From the NCBI GenBank assembly GCA_963675295.2, contig CAXXKJ010000002.1:96001-160000 (forward strand): a DNA stretch of 64,000 nucleotides. Reading direction: 5' to 3'. Of the stretch, positions 38,595 to 48,586 are shown piece after piece. The translations under genes and the position numbers were made by a program. Every line of letters begins with the position of its first letter. Position 1 is the stretch's first letter. Source of the stretch: a bacterium (lineage in GTDB: Bacteria > Electryoneota > Electryoneia > Electryoneales > Electryoneaceae). The notes under the pieces are model-generated. The model worked only from the letters and a program-made list of their open reading frames with translations. It ran no database searches and was not told where the DNA came from.

Positions 38595-40370
38595 TTACTT
38601 GACAAGAACCAGCTTCCGCATCGCCTTTTCCGGTCCGGCCTTCACCTGCAGAAAGTACACCCCGCTGGCGAGATCGGCTGGCGCCACGGTTAACGTGTGC
38701 GTCCCCGCCGAATAGCTGGCATTGGTGATCGCCGCCACCTGACGGCCGGTCGTGTCAAAAACGTGGACGCTCACCCGTTGCGCTTCCGGCAACGTAATGT
38801 CGAACCGCGCGTTGGCGTTGAACGGGTTCGGATACACCGCGCCCACCGCGAATTTCGTCGGCAGCGTAGCGTTGCGCTCGTCTGGCTCGTTTGCGGCGAA
38901 CTGCTGCGTGGTCCAGCCGGAAGGTGTCCACGTTGTCGAACCGTCCGCGCCCGCTGAGCTGATGACGGTGAAGCCGAAACTGTCGCTGATCAGGGGGTTC
39001 TGCAGTGTCTGCCCGATGTTGATCCGCCACTGGTAATTGCCCAGCGGCGCCATCGCGGGAATCGTCTGCGTCAGGTTGGTCGCGAGGATATCAGTCGTCG
39101 GCGTAAACGCGAGGTAGTACTGGTCGATCGGGCCGTAGGTGGACCCGTTCGGCAGGATGGCCTCGCTCCAGACCCAGCCGTTGACGGTCGTTTGCAGGTT
39201 TGAGACGATGTGTACATCATACTCGAACGATCCGCCCTGCGGCACGATCACCGGCGGATTGACCGGATTCACGCTCAACGTAACCGGATTCTGCGAACCG
39301 CCCGGCTGTTCCCACCATGAGATGTAGCCGTTTTCGTTGACCGCGATGATATCGAGGTCGCCGTCGGAGTCCATATCCGCCATCTGCACCGCGCGTCCGG
39401 TGCCGAAGTTGTTGATCAGGCTGTGCTGGGTGAAGGTACCGCCCTGGTTGATCCAGTAGCGCACTCCGAGCCACATGGACACGCCGGCGATGTCATCGTC
39501 CCCGTCGCCATCGAGGTCACCGGTGCACAGCTGCCACGCGTCCGGAAAGTTGCTCGAAATGATCTCGGTTTCGTAGGTCCCGTCCCCGTTCGGCATGAAC
39601 GCCAGGATCTGTCCGCCGTAGGAATCGGCGGCGATGATGTCTTCGTAGCCGTCCTGGTTGAGATCGGCGACATCCACCGCCGCGACGAACTGCTGGTTGT
39701 CGTCCACGACGAACTGCGGCCAGGTTCCGCCGCCAACATTTTCCCACCAGGTCACGTTATCCTCGCCACCGCCGGAACTGGCGGCGACATCGGGGAGGCC
39801 GTCCCCGCTGATATCGCCGATCGCGACACCGTGCGCGCCGGCGTATACCCCGTTAAGCAGGTGTTCCGTCCAGTCGGAGCCTGTATTTTCCCACCACGTC
39901 ACATCTCCGGCGGAGGCCGCCGCGCCCGCGACATCGAGCAGGCCGTCGTTGTTGATATCGGCGACATCGACCGCATACCCGCCGGTGAAGCCCCATTTGA
40001 TCGTGTGCTGCGTGAAACTGGCGTTGTCGTTTTCCCACCAGTTGACGTAGCCGGAATAGGACACGCCGACGATATCCGTGTCGCCGTCCTGATCGAGATC
40101 GACTGCGACCAGTTCCTTGCCATCGAAGCCTGGGGTGATCAGGTGATCCACCCACCCGTCCGGCGTGTTTTCATACCAGCGCAGATCGGTCGGTGAGACG
40201 ATTCCGCTCGATGATCCGGCGGCGTCCATGTCACCGTCGTTGTCAAAATCGCCAGCCGTCACCGCGAAGCCGCCCTCAAGCGTGGTCGTGATGTCGTGAC
40301 GTGTCCATTGCGCCTGCGCCGCCACGGTTACCAGCAGCAGCGCGCCAGCGATGATCCAATGCCTCTTCAC
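38595..40370 (-). CDS. FG-GAP propeller + Ig-like + T9SS-type tail (paralog 1)
   Basis: AQAQWTRHDI; DxDGDxD repeats; PPVIVPQGGSFEY; YPNPFN tail. Confidence 0.88.
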   Translation of the reverse strand: MKRHWIIAGALLLVTVAAQAQWTRHDITTTLEGGFAVTAGDFDNDGDMDAAGSSSGIVSPTDLRWYENTPDGWVDHLITPGFDGKELVAVDLDQDGDTDIVGVSYSGYVNWWENDNASFTQHTIKWGFTGGYAVDVADINNDGLLDVAGAAASAGDVTWWENTGSDWTEHLLNGVYAGAHGVAIGDISGDGLPDVAASSGGGEDNVTWWENVGGGTWPQFVVDDNQQFVAAVDVADLNQDGYEDIIAADSYGGQILAFMPNGDGTYETEIISSNFPDAWQLCTGDLDGDGDDDIAGVSMWLGVRYWINQGGTFTQHSLINNFGTGRAVQMADMDSDGDLDIIAVNENGYISWWEQPGGSQNPVTLSVNPVNPPVIVPQGGSFEYDVHIVSNLQTTVNGWVWSEAILPNGSTYGPIDQYYLAFTPTTDILATNLTQTIPAMAPLGNYQWRINIGQTLQNPLISDSFGFTVISSAGADGSTTWTPSGWTTQQFAANEPDERNATLPTKFAVGAVYPNPFNANARFDITLPEAQRVSVHVFDTTGRQVAAITNASYSAGTHTLTVAPADLASGVYFLQVKAGPEKAMRKLVLVK

Positions 40371-40540
40371 AATCCCCTCCCGATGTTCTGTATATGCTTA
40401 TAGATTCGGTGTATGTTTAGAATACCTAACTTTTGATGCGTGAACAAGCGTGCTGTTGTGTTGAAAAGATTGATTGGCTCGGGAGGGGGAGCGGAGTTGG
40501 ACCACATTACACGAATCATCCGTTCGCAGGATTTGCCCAG

Positions 40541-40650
40541 AAAAAAGCCACGGACGTCGCGCCCGTGGCCTGAAGTGTTTTGTCTGTTGCGTCAGTTACG
40601 TCAGTTACGTCAGTTGCATCTGTTGCGTCTGTGGCGTCGGTGGCTTTCTG
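40541..40650 (-). terminator. 9-mer tandem repeats followed by an intrinsic terminator
   Basis: ACTGACGTA/ACAGACGCA-type units after the stop; GCCACGG...CCGTGGC stem plus T-run on the minus strand. Confidence 0.75.
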
Positions 40651-42423
40651 TTACTTCACGAGAACCATCTTCCGCATCGCCTGTTCGCTGCCGGCGTTCA
40701 CCTGCAGGAAGTACACCCCGCTGGCGGAACTGCCGGGCTGCCATGTCAGCGTATGGTTGCCAGCGCTGTAGACACCGTTCGCCAGCTGCGTGACCAGCCG
40801 TCCGACGCTGTCATACACTCGCACGGTCACCTGCCGGGTTTCAGGCAGGGTGAACGAGACCTGCGTGCGTGCGTTGAAAGGATTCGGCCATGCTTCACCA
40901 ACGGCAAACGAGGACGGCAACGGCACCGTTTCGGACCCGGTATCACCGAGGAAGGTTGCGGCAGTCCAGCCGGACCCGGTCCAGTCGTACGATCCGGCTC
41001 CGTCGGTCGCCGCAGCGGTCACGGTGAAGGTGAACGAATCAGAGAAGATCGGGTTTTGCACGTTTTGACCGAGGTTCACCCGCCACTCGTACAGGCCTTC
41101 CGGCGCGTACGTGGGGATATCCTGGGTGAGGGTTGTGCTGATGTTGGTCGTGGGTGTGATCGGAAGAACCACGTGGTCGATTGGCCCGAACACTTGCCCA
41201 TTCGGCAGCTCAGCTTCGGTCCAGACATGCGCGCTGACCGTCATCTGGATGTGGGAAATGATGGAAACGGTGTAATCGAATGATCCGCCCTGCGGCACGA
41301 TCACCGGCGGACTAACCGGATCAGCGTAGAGCTCAACCAGCGGCGGCTCGCCCGTTCCCGGCTGTTCGAACCAGGAAACGGTTCCCGGAGATTCTGAGAC
41401 GGCCAGAATGTCGTCGTCGCCATCATCATCCATGTCGCCCATGAATACGGAACGGCCATTCCCGAAGTTGTTACTGACAACTGTTTGCGTAAAACTTCCG
41501 CCTTCATATTCCCAGTAGATGATCTGGTCATAGCGGGAACAACCCACAATGTCCATATCGTCATCATTGCCGACCGCGCCGATGTCAACGTTCCAGACTC
41601 CATCGAACGGATCTGATAGTATCGTGTTGAACGTGGCGTCCCCGTTATTCATCAGGCAGACCATCAGGTCGCCGGTGTAGACCGCAGCGGCGATATCGAG
41701 ATACCCGTCACCGTCGATATCATCCACAGCAACCGCGGCGACGTAATCCAACCCACCCGCGATTTCGGATTGCGTGAAGTTGCCACCGCCATCATTGTTG
41801 AACCAGACCACGTTGTCGTCACCGCCGGACGAGACAACGATATCGAGGGTGCCGTTGTTGTCCAGGTCACCAAGGTCGACACCGTGTGGGTTCAGTGGCG
41901 AAGTACTGATATCATGCCGGGTGTAGTCGGTACCCGTGTTTTCGAACCAGGACACCTGGCTCGGCGACCACGCGACCGCGACGATATCGAAGTCACTATC
42001 GCCGTCAATATCGCCCGCCGCAATGGCGTATCCGCCGCCGAAATCGGTGGTGATATCGTGCCGGGTAAAGGTGGCGTTATCGTTTTCCCACCACGTGACT
42101 TCCCCGGGTACATAGGACGTACCTGCGATGTCGAGATCGCCGTCCCCGTCGAAATCCTCGACAACAACGTCCTTCCCGCCGAAATTGCCGTCGATGAGGG
42201 AACTTGTCCATGAGCCACCCCCCTGGTTTTCAAACCAGCGGAGATCATCCGTCGTGCCATCTGCGCAGCCGACGATGTCAACGTCGCCATCGTTATCCAT
42301 GTCTCCCGCCGCGATCCCGTACCCACCGCTGAAACCGGTGTAGACATCGTGCTGCACCCATTGTGCCTGCGCAGCCATCGGCAGCAGCAGGAACAGGCAG
42401 AACACAGCCGTGATCCTGACCAT
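40651..42423 (-). CDS. FG-GAP propeller + Ig-like + T9SS-type tail (paralog 2)
   Basis: Same architecture as paralog 1; 590 aa. Confidence 0.88.
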   Translation of the reverse strand: MVRITAVFCLFLLLPMAAQAQWVQHDVYTGFSGGYGIAAGDMDNDGDVDIVGCADGTTDDLRWFENQGGGSWTSSLIDGNFGGKDVVVEDFDGDGDLDIAGTSYVPGEVTWWENDNATFTRHDITTDFGGGYAIAAGDIDGDSDFDIVAVAWSPSQVSWFENTGTDYTRHDISTSPLNPHGVDLGDLDNNGTLDIVVSSGGDDNVVWFNNDGGGNFTQSEIAGGLDYVAAVAVDDIDGDGYLDIAAAVYTGDLMVCLMNNGDATFNTILSDPFDGVWNVDIGAVGNDDDMDIVGCSRYDQIIYWEYEGGSFTQTVVSNNFGNGRSVFMGDMDDDGDDDILAVSESPGTVSWFEQPGTGEPPLVELYADPVSPPVIVPQGGSFDYTVSIISHIQMTVSAHVWTEAELPNGQVFGPIDHVVLPITPTTNISTTLTQDIPTYAPEGLYEWRVNLGQNVQNPIFSDSFTFTVTAAATDGAGSYDWTGSGWTAATFLGDTGSETVPLPSSFAVGEAWPNPFNARTQVSFTLPETRQVTVRVYDSVGRLVTQLANGVYSAGNHTLTWQPGSSASGVYFLQVNAGSEQAMRKMVLVK

Positions 42424-42675
42424 AACTCCTCCCCTTGCTCGGTTTACGTCCAGCCGGTATTACAGACTGAATCTGCAATGAATCCATACGTCGCTTCCCG
42501 TTCTGCAAGGTGCAGTTGGCTGCGCGTGTGTTCAAGCTCTTGCTGGTAGTTGATCACGTTGAAACCGGCCTCGTGGAGTGACCTTCGCACTCAGCGTCCT
42601 CATCCCGCACGTGGGCAGTAACTCGGCTAGTCAATGGGTAGCCAACGGTCCGTGAACGGGCAATCAATGGCAGAG

Positions 42676-42765
42676 AAAAGGCCACGGACTCGCGCCCGTG
42701 GCCTGAGATGTTTTATCTGTTACGTCCTTTGCGTCTTTTGCATCCGTTGCGTCTTTTGCTTTCTG
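42676..42765 (-). terminator. 9-mer tandem repeats followed by an intrinsic terminator
   Basis: AAAGACGCA-type units; stem nearly identical to 40547-40570. Confidence 0.75.
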
Positions 42766-44604
42766 TTACTTCACCAGAACCAGCTTCCGCATCGCCTGTT
42801 CGGTGCCAACCTTCACCTGCAGGAAGTACACCCCGCTGGCGAGGGCGGTTGGCGCGATGGTCAACGTGTGCGTCCCCGCCGAGTAGCTGGCGTTGGTGAT
42901 TTCGGCCACCTGACGGCCGGTTGTGTCAAACACACGGGCGCTCACCTGTTGCGTTTCCGGCAACGTGATGTCAAACCGGGCGGTTGCGTTAAACGGATTC
43001 GGATACACCGCGCCCACCGCGAAACCGGTCGGCAGGGTGGATGTGGAAGATGCATCAACTGCCACGGCCGGCAGGTTCAGCTCTGTCACCGTCCATGCGT
43101 GGTCGCCGTTCTGTTCCGCACCGTTCCCGTCCGCCGCAGCACCCGCCTTAGTGAAGAAGTAAGCCTGGGACGACAGCTTGGCATTGTTCGCGGTCAGCAG
43201 GGACAGGCGGTGAACATACTCACCGGCCGGTGCGCCTGCGGGAATCATCTGCATGTGGTTCGGGAGGTCAATCATCTGCCCGGGGGCGAGCGTGTACTGG
43301 ATGTTGTCGAGCACGTACGAAGTGCCATTCGGCAGGATCGCGTCACGGCGGATACGTACCTGCCGCGCCTGGTTCGTCGGATTCTCGATCTGGACCGCGC
43401 TGTAGAGCGTGCCTCCGTTGGCGGGGATTTCCGTCGATCCCGAACCGGCGAAAGCGACCTGCGGCTGCGCATCCGGCTCGGGCCGGTTGAACACATGCAG
43501 CAACGCTTCATGCACATCATTCTCCTGGCCGAACAGATGCAGCGAGGCGTCCGTCTCATCGAAGGTCGCGCCGAAATAGTAGTACTGGGTGAACCCGTTC
43601 CCGAGGCTCGGCCCGAGGTAGCGCCACTGTTCGCTGCCGTACTGGTCGACCGAGATCACCGCCGGCTGGCTGGCGAGATCGCCGATGAGGTACACGTCCC
43701 CGTTGTCACCCGCGACGCCGGCAATGATCTTTTCGTCATCCACGCCGAGTACATCTTCCTCATAGGAGCGCACCCACAGCGGTTCGCCGCCGTCCGCGGG
43801 CAGACGTGCCGCCAGTGCCGCATGATCGAACTGGTACAGCCCGAGCTGGTTGTACCCGGCACCGTACCAGACACATCCGCCATCATCGGTGACAAATCCG
43901 CCGATGCACTGAGTCGGGGTATGGCTGAATCCATCCACCGACCGCCACCACAGCAGATCGCCCGCGCTGTCGACCTTGTACACCTGCACGAGATCGTACG
44001 ATACCGCCTGCTGCGCGCAGAAGACGTAGAAATTGCCGTTGCCATCCGCCTCAATACCGCCGAGGTACAGAATGCCGCCAGTCGGATCGTAGGTCTGTTC
44101 GAATTCGAGCATGCCATACTCGTCGAGGAAAGAGAGCTTGACCTGGTACGGGTAGTTGGTAATAGACGCCAGCACATACCCGCCATCATCCCGCAGCGCC
44201 ATTTCGAAACCCGGGTTGTCGACCTGGACTCGCCACAGTTCGCGGCCGAACCTGTCGGTGTGGACCAGCGGCGTGTTGTCGCCGTCCCCGTACCGGAAGC
44301 TGTAGCCGCCGTCTGGAGTGCGTAGCAGCGGGCTGAGCTCCGGGAAGTTCGCGCTCACCGGCGCATAGGGGTGTCGCAATTCCATGGTGCCGGATGCGTC
44401 CAGCTTCATCAGGCTGATTTCGCCATCACTGAACAATAGCGTGGTGTGGCCGCCGTCCTCGGTGGCGACAACCCCGCGGAAGCTGTCAAAATCACTGTCA
44501 TCATAGGTTCGCAGCCACATGTCCGCCGGTTGGGCATAGGTGGAGAAGGATAGTGTCAGCGTCAGAAGTAGTGCGCCCAGGGCAAATCCAGCAGTCCGTC
44601 TCAT
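42766..44604 (-). CDS. Secreted beta-propeller-like protein + Ig-like + T9SS-type tail
   Basis: Signal peptide; W-x-R-(T/S)-Y and DGG repeats; tail closely similar to that of 38595-40370. Confidence 0.85.
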   Translation of the reverse strand: MRRTAGFALGALLLTLTLSFSTYAQPADMWLRTYDDSDFDSFRGVVATEDGGHTTLLFSDGEISLMKLDASGTMELRHPYAPVSANFPELSPLLRTPDGGYSFRYGDGDNTPLVHTDRFGRELWRVQVDNPGFEMALRDDGGYVLASITNYPYQVKLSFLDEYGMLEFEQTYDPTGGILYLGGIEADGNGNFYVFCAQQAVSYDLVQVYKVDSAGDLLWWRSVDGFSHTPTQCIGGFVTDDGGCVWYGAGYNQLGLYQFDHAALAARLPADGGEPLWVRSYEEDVLGVDDEKIIAGVAGDNGDVYLIGDLASQPAVISVDQYGSEQWRYLGPSLGNGFTQYYYFGATFDETDASLHLFGQENDVHEALLHVFNRPEPDAQPQVAFAGSGSTEIPANGGTLYSAVQIENPTNQARQVRIRRDAILPNGTSYVLDNIQYTLAPGQMIDLPNHMQMIPAGAPAGEYVHRLSLLTANNAKLSSQAYFFTKAGAAADGNGAEQNGDHAWTVTELNLPAVAVDASSTSTLPTGFAVGAVYPNPFNATARFDITLPETQQVSARVFDTTGRQVAEITNASYSAGTHTLTIAPTALASGVYFLQVKVGTEQAMRKLVLVK

Positions 44605-44899
44605 GCTTGTCTCCTCGTGTCTTGAGCTGTGTGTTAGGGATTCCTAACCATGATGGCATACCGTTGCGCGGTTTGTGCGATTGTTTCAAACTGGTTCATG
44701 GAGTCCCACATCGGGGAGACGAGCAAAAACGCGGCCACGGCGAATAGTTAGGTTTTTCTAACCACTTGCCTAAGTTTATAGAATTGTACGAATTACGTTT
44801 ATGAATATTGAAAAGTCGCAAAAGGGATCCAGCGTATTTCCGCCAGATCCCTTTTCTACGTATGAAGCAATGCGCCAAGTACTTCGTTCTGATCGTGAA

Positions 44900-44973
44900 C
44901 TACGCCACGAAGAACGGCCGTATCGGCAGGGCGCGGTCGAGGGCTTCGTGCCCGTCCTCGGTGATCAGCACCA
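44900..44973 (-). repeat. Ghost copy of the 3' end of the Xaa-Pro peptidase gene
   Basis: 70/74 nt identical to 48587-48660; encodes VLITEDGHEALDRALPIRPFFVA-stop. Confidence 0.95.
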
Positions 44974-44995
44974 AGATCTACCTGCCATAAAGCCG

Positions 44996-46774
44996 TTACT
45001 TCAGATACACCAGTTTCCGGATTTCATGTTCAGATCCCGCACCAAATTGCAGGAAGTAGATTCCGGTGGCAAGTCCGTCCGTTTTGAAGGTCAATGCATG
45101 TCTGCCTGCCGAATACTTCCCATTGGCAAGATCTGCAACCTGCCGTCCAAGGCTGTCATACACCCGCGCTGTCACTTGCCGTGATTCTGGTAGCGTGAAT
45201 TCGATCCGAGTGTTTGCATTGAACGGGTTTGGAAAAACTTCATCAAGTTGAAACGCAATCGCTCCAGGTGACGTTTGCGCCGCATTTTTTGAATTGGTCA
45301 AACCGGTCCAGCCCGCAGATTTCCAATCAGGACTTAGCATTTCTGATTGACCTTCGGTGACAGTAAACATGAACAGGTCCGAATTGAAGGAATTCTGAGG
45401 AGTCTGCCCGATATTCACACGCCACAAATAGTATCCCAAAGACAATCCGTAAGGAATGGTCTGGCTGACATTTGTCACCAGAATATCCGCGTTAGCACAA
45501 AGGGGAACGTAGAGCTGATCAATGGGGCCGACCGAACATCCCGCCGGTAGAAAAACATCTGTCCACACAAAAGCGTTTACCGGATAATTCAAGTTTGAAA
45601 CGATATGAACATCGTAGTAGAATGATCCCCCCTGTGGTATATAGACTGGTGGATCATGAGGAGTAATTGTTATTTCTATCGGGTCTGGATAGCCTTGTCC
45701 AGGCTGTTCCCACCATGCCACCTCATTTGCATACTCAGAAACGGCAACGATATCTTGGTCATAATCTCCATCCATATCAATTGCAACGATACCACGTGAA
45801 TGATCCCAGATATCAATAAGAACGTGTTCGGTAAAAACACCGTCGTCATTTTCCCAGTATCGAATGCCGGTGTTGTACGACGTTACGAAGACATCAGGAT
45901 CTCCGTCTGATCCAATATCGCAGATACATAGATCCCACGGTCTGTAAAAGTCCGTACAAAGGTAAGTTACGTCGAAATTCCCGAAACCATCGTTTACAAA
46001 TAACAGCACGAGATTGTCAATGAAAACAGTAGCAAAGATATCATTGTCACCGTCCTTGTCATAGTCAGCGAGTTTAATTCCTGAAACATACTCCATTCCA
46101 TCCGCAACCAGATGATCTATCCAGGTACCGTCGCTGGTTCTTTCGAACCAATGCAAGCAGTCTTCGATTCCCGAACACACGGCGAAATCAGGGATCGCAT
46201 CACCATTTATATCACCAATCGCGACATCGTGTGGGGTTGAATAGTTGTCTGTAACAAGTCGGGGCTCAAATTCTCCCAAACCTTTATTTTCCCACCACAC
46301 CACAGCATCCCCATACCAGGCGGTGCAAACGAAGTCGGGCAATCCATCCCGGTTGAGATACCCACTGTCCATCGAACTGGCACCATAATACCTATAAGCA
46401 AGCTGGTGACGTTGAAAATTGCGTTCACCTGTGTTTTCCCACCAGCCGACATCGCTGGCCTCATAGGAACAACCAGCAAAATCAAGATCCCCGTCGAGGT
46501 CGAAGTCGGCGACAGTAAAATCTGATCCTCCACGTTCAATCTCAACAGTATATTCCACCCAACCATCTTCGATACCGTAGAAGCATAAAATGCCCTGGTC
46601 CATCTCCATCTGACCGACAATGACATCAACTCTTTGATCTTGATCGAAATCGCCAGCGGCTACGCCATAAGGGTCTTCAATGTCATCGCAAATATCATGA
46701 CGTACCCACTGGGCGCGAGTACATACAGGAATCAGCAACAAAATGCATGCGAGAATTATGAAAAATTGCTTCAT
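44996..46774 (-). CDS. FG-GAP propeller + Ig-like + T9SS-type tail (paralog 3, low GC)
   Basis: 592 aa, same architecture; AT-rich codons (spot count 27/60 GC at 45601). Confidence 0.88.
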   Translation of the reverse strand: MKQFFIILACILLLIPVCTRAQWVRHDICDDIEDPYGVAAGDFDQDQRVDVIVGQMEMDQGILCFYGIEDGWVEYTVEIERGGSDFTVADFDLDGDLDFAGCSYEASDVGWWENTGERNFQRHQLAYRYYGASSMDSGYLNRDGLPDFVCTAWYGDAVVWWENKGLGEFEPRLVTDNYSTPHDVAIGDINGDAIPDFAVCSGIEDCLHWFERTSDGTWIDHLVADGMEYVSGIKLADYDKDGDNDIFATVFIDNLVLLFVNDGFGNFDVTYLCTDFYRPWDLCICDIGSDGDPDVFVTSYNTGIRYWENDDGVFTEHVLIDIWDHSRGIVAIDMDGDYDQDIVAVSEYANEVAWWEQPGQGYPDPIEITITPHDPPVYIPQGGSFYYDVHIVSNLNYPVNAFVWTDVFLPAGCSVGPIDQLYVPLCANADILVTNVSQTIPYGLSLGYYLWRVNIGQTPQNSFNSDLFMFTVTEGQSEMLSPDWKSAGWTGLTNSKNAAQTSPGAIAFQLDEVFPNPFNANTRIEFTLPESRQVTARVYDSLGRQVADLANGKYSAGRHALTFKTDGLATGIYFLQFGAGSEHEIRKLVYLK

Positions 46775-46916
46775 ACCTCATACCCCCCTGGATATCTGTA
46801 TGTCAATTCAGAAATATCCATCACATGTTTGTTTATGACCGCTATATTATCTACTTGAAAGTGCGGAAAATTTCTGTGGATAACAACAAACCCCTGTCAT
46901 TTAATGACAGGGGTTG

Positions 46917-48530
46917 CAGACTGCTGACAAACCCCGTCATTTGATGGGGTTTGTTTTGTATTCACACGGCACATCCTACTGGTTGGATTTGTGGTATAGT
47001 TGGCAGGTTGTGTTTGGTTCTTCGCTCGATTTTTCTATCGAGACCGTTGAGCGTGGTGCGCTGGGATAGAAGACCGGCTAAATAGGTCCATAGTCTTGAG
47101 ATAGAGGGGTGTTTCGCCATTGTCATGGCGATCTTCTTCATGTTCTGGCAGGCGGCGGACAGCAGGCATTGTTCACGTGCTCCGGCTATCGAGCGCAGCC
47201 GGGCATAGCGATGGCCATACAGTTGTTTGGCTTCGCCGAAGCTGCGTTCGACCGTCTCCCGTCGTCGCCGGTACGTGGCCCGTCCGCGTTCTGTCCGAGC
47301 GGTCGCGATCATCTTTTCACGGCTGGCCTGCCACACGTGCCGGGTGACCACCTTGCGGTGATTGGCGCTTTCGGTGCATTGCTGCAACAGGGGACAGAGG
47401 ACACAGCACGACGGGTCGGAAACATATTCCTGGTAGCCTTCACGTGTCGTCGTGCGATACGGTAGTGTCTGGCCGCCGGGACAGTGGTAGACATCCCCCA
47501 GCGAATCGTACACAAACAGTCGTTTTGCCAGCATTCCCTTCTTGCGTGTCGTACGTACCGAGCCGATCACGCCGTCGATCTTTCGATCCTCCAGCCCCTT
47601 GCAGATGGCGGCGGTATTGTAGCCGGCGTCGAGACCGACCCTTTCCACCGGGAAGTGGAATTTGCGAATCTGTGTGTCGAGACGCTCGAGGTAGGGGGTG
47701 CTGTCATGTACATTGCCGGGGGTGACATGCGTGTCGGTGATGATTCCGGCCTTGTTGTCTACGGTACGGTGGTCAAGGTAGAAAAAGCCCTGCGGCTTGC
47801 CGTCCCGGACCATGAAGCCGCTGTCCGGATCGGTGGTGCTGACCTTGATTTCCTTTGTCGCCGGCGGTGATGAATCGTCATTGTCACGTTTCTTCAGTGG
47901 CTTTTTGCCATGCGCCAGGCGATCCGCATCCACCGCCTCTTCCAGATCGGACAGATACGACTTCGTCGCCACTGTCACCTGCCGCTTCTTGAACTTCTTC
48001 TTGTTCGCGCTGGCTTTCAGGTGCGTCGAATCGGTGAACAAGACCCGGCCATCGACCAGGCCACGACGGATCGCCAGCAGCACGATCTCGTCGAAGATCT
48101 CCTGGAAGATGGTGCTTTCACGGAAACGGCGTCGTCGATTCTGGCTGATCGTGGACGCGTCCGGCACCTTGTCACGCAGATCCAGCCCGAGGAACCAGCG
48201 ATAGGCAACATTGACCTGGATCTCACGCACCAGCTGACGCTCGGACCGAATTCCGTACAGGTAACCGATGAACAACATCTTGAACAGAAGGACAGGGTCA
48301 ACAGCCGGACGGCCATTGTCGGCGCTGTAGAGATGCTTTACACGATCCCGGATAAACGAAAAATCAATTGCCGCATCAATCTTCCGCAAAAGATGATCGT
48401 CCGGGACCAAATCGTCAATGTAAATAAGCTCCGCTGCGCTTTGATGAGCTTTGGAAGTAGGTAGCATCTACAAAGATACAAAACAAATCCCCACAGGTCG
48501 AGAGCCCGTGGGGACTTTGTCAGCAGTCTG
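46917..48530 (-). mobile_element. IS1182-family insertion sequence
   Basis: 15-bp perfect terminal IRs CAGACTGCTGACAAA (46917-46931 and 48516-48530); 29-bp direct repeats at 46888-46916 and 48531-48559. Confidence 0.93.
46962..48467 (-). CDS. tnp: IS1182 family DDE transposase
   Basis: LVPDDHLLRKID, GRPAVDP, SERQL, DSTHLKA, LDAGY, YHCPGGQ and RRETVERSFGEAK motifs. Confidence 0.95.
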   Translation of the reverse strand: MLPTSKAHQSAAELIYIDDLVPDDHLLRKIDAAIDFSFIRDRVKHLYSADNGRPAVDPVLLFKMLFIGYLYGIRSERQLVREIQVNVAYRWFLGLDLRDKVPDASTISQNRRRRFRESTIFQEIFDEIVLLAIRRGLVDGRVLFTDSTHLKASANKKKFKKRQVTVATKSYLSDLEEAVDADRLAHGKKPLKKRDNDDSSPPATKEIKVSTTDPDSGFMVRDGKPQGFFYLDHRTVDNKAGIITDTHVTPGNVHDSTPYLERLDTQIRKFHFPVERVGLDAGYNTAAICKGLEDRKIDGVIGSVRTTRKKGMLAKRLFVYDSLGDVYHCPGGQTLPYRTTTREGYQEYVSDPSCCVLCPLLQQCTESANHRKVVTRHVWQASREKMIATARTERGRATYRRRRETVERSFGEAKQLYGHRYARLRSIAGAREQCLLSAACQNMKKIAMTMAKHPSISRLWTYLAGLLSQRTTLNGLDRKIERRTKHNLPTIPQIQPVGCAV

Positions 48531-48586
48531 AAACCCCTGTCATTTAATGACAGGGGTTGCGGACTCGGGAGCAATATTGATACGAT

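Noticed and set aside
42445-42600. Possible gene remnant (...HEAGFNVINYQQELEHTRSQLHLAEREATYG...) on the minus strand
   Set aside because: No clear start, RBS or family match; cannot be supported without a search.
38595-46774. Integron cassette array
   Set aside because: No intI gene and no attC-like RYYYAAC...GTTRRRY structures recognised; the genes have long upstream regions and mostly their own terminators.
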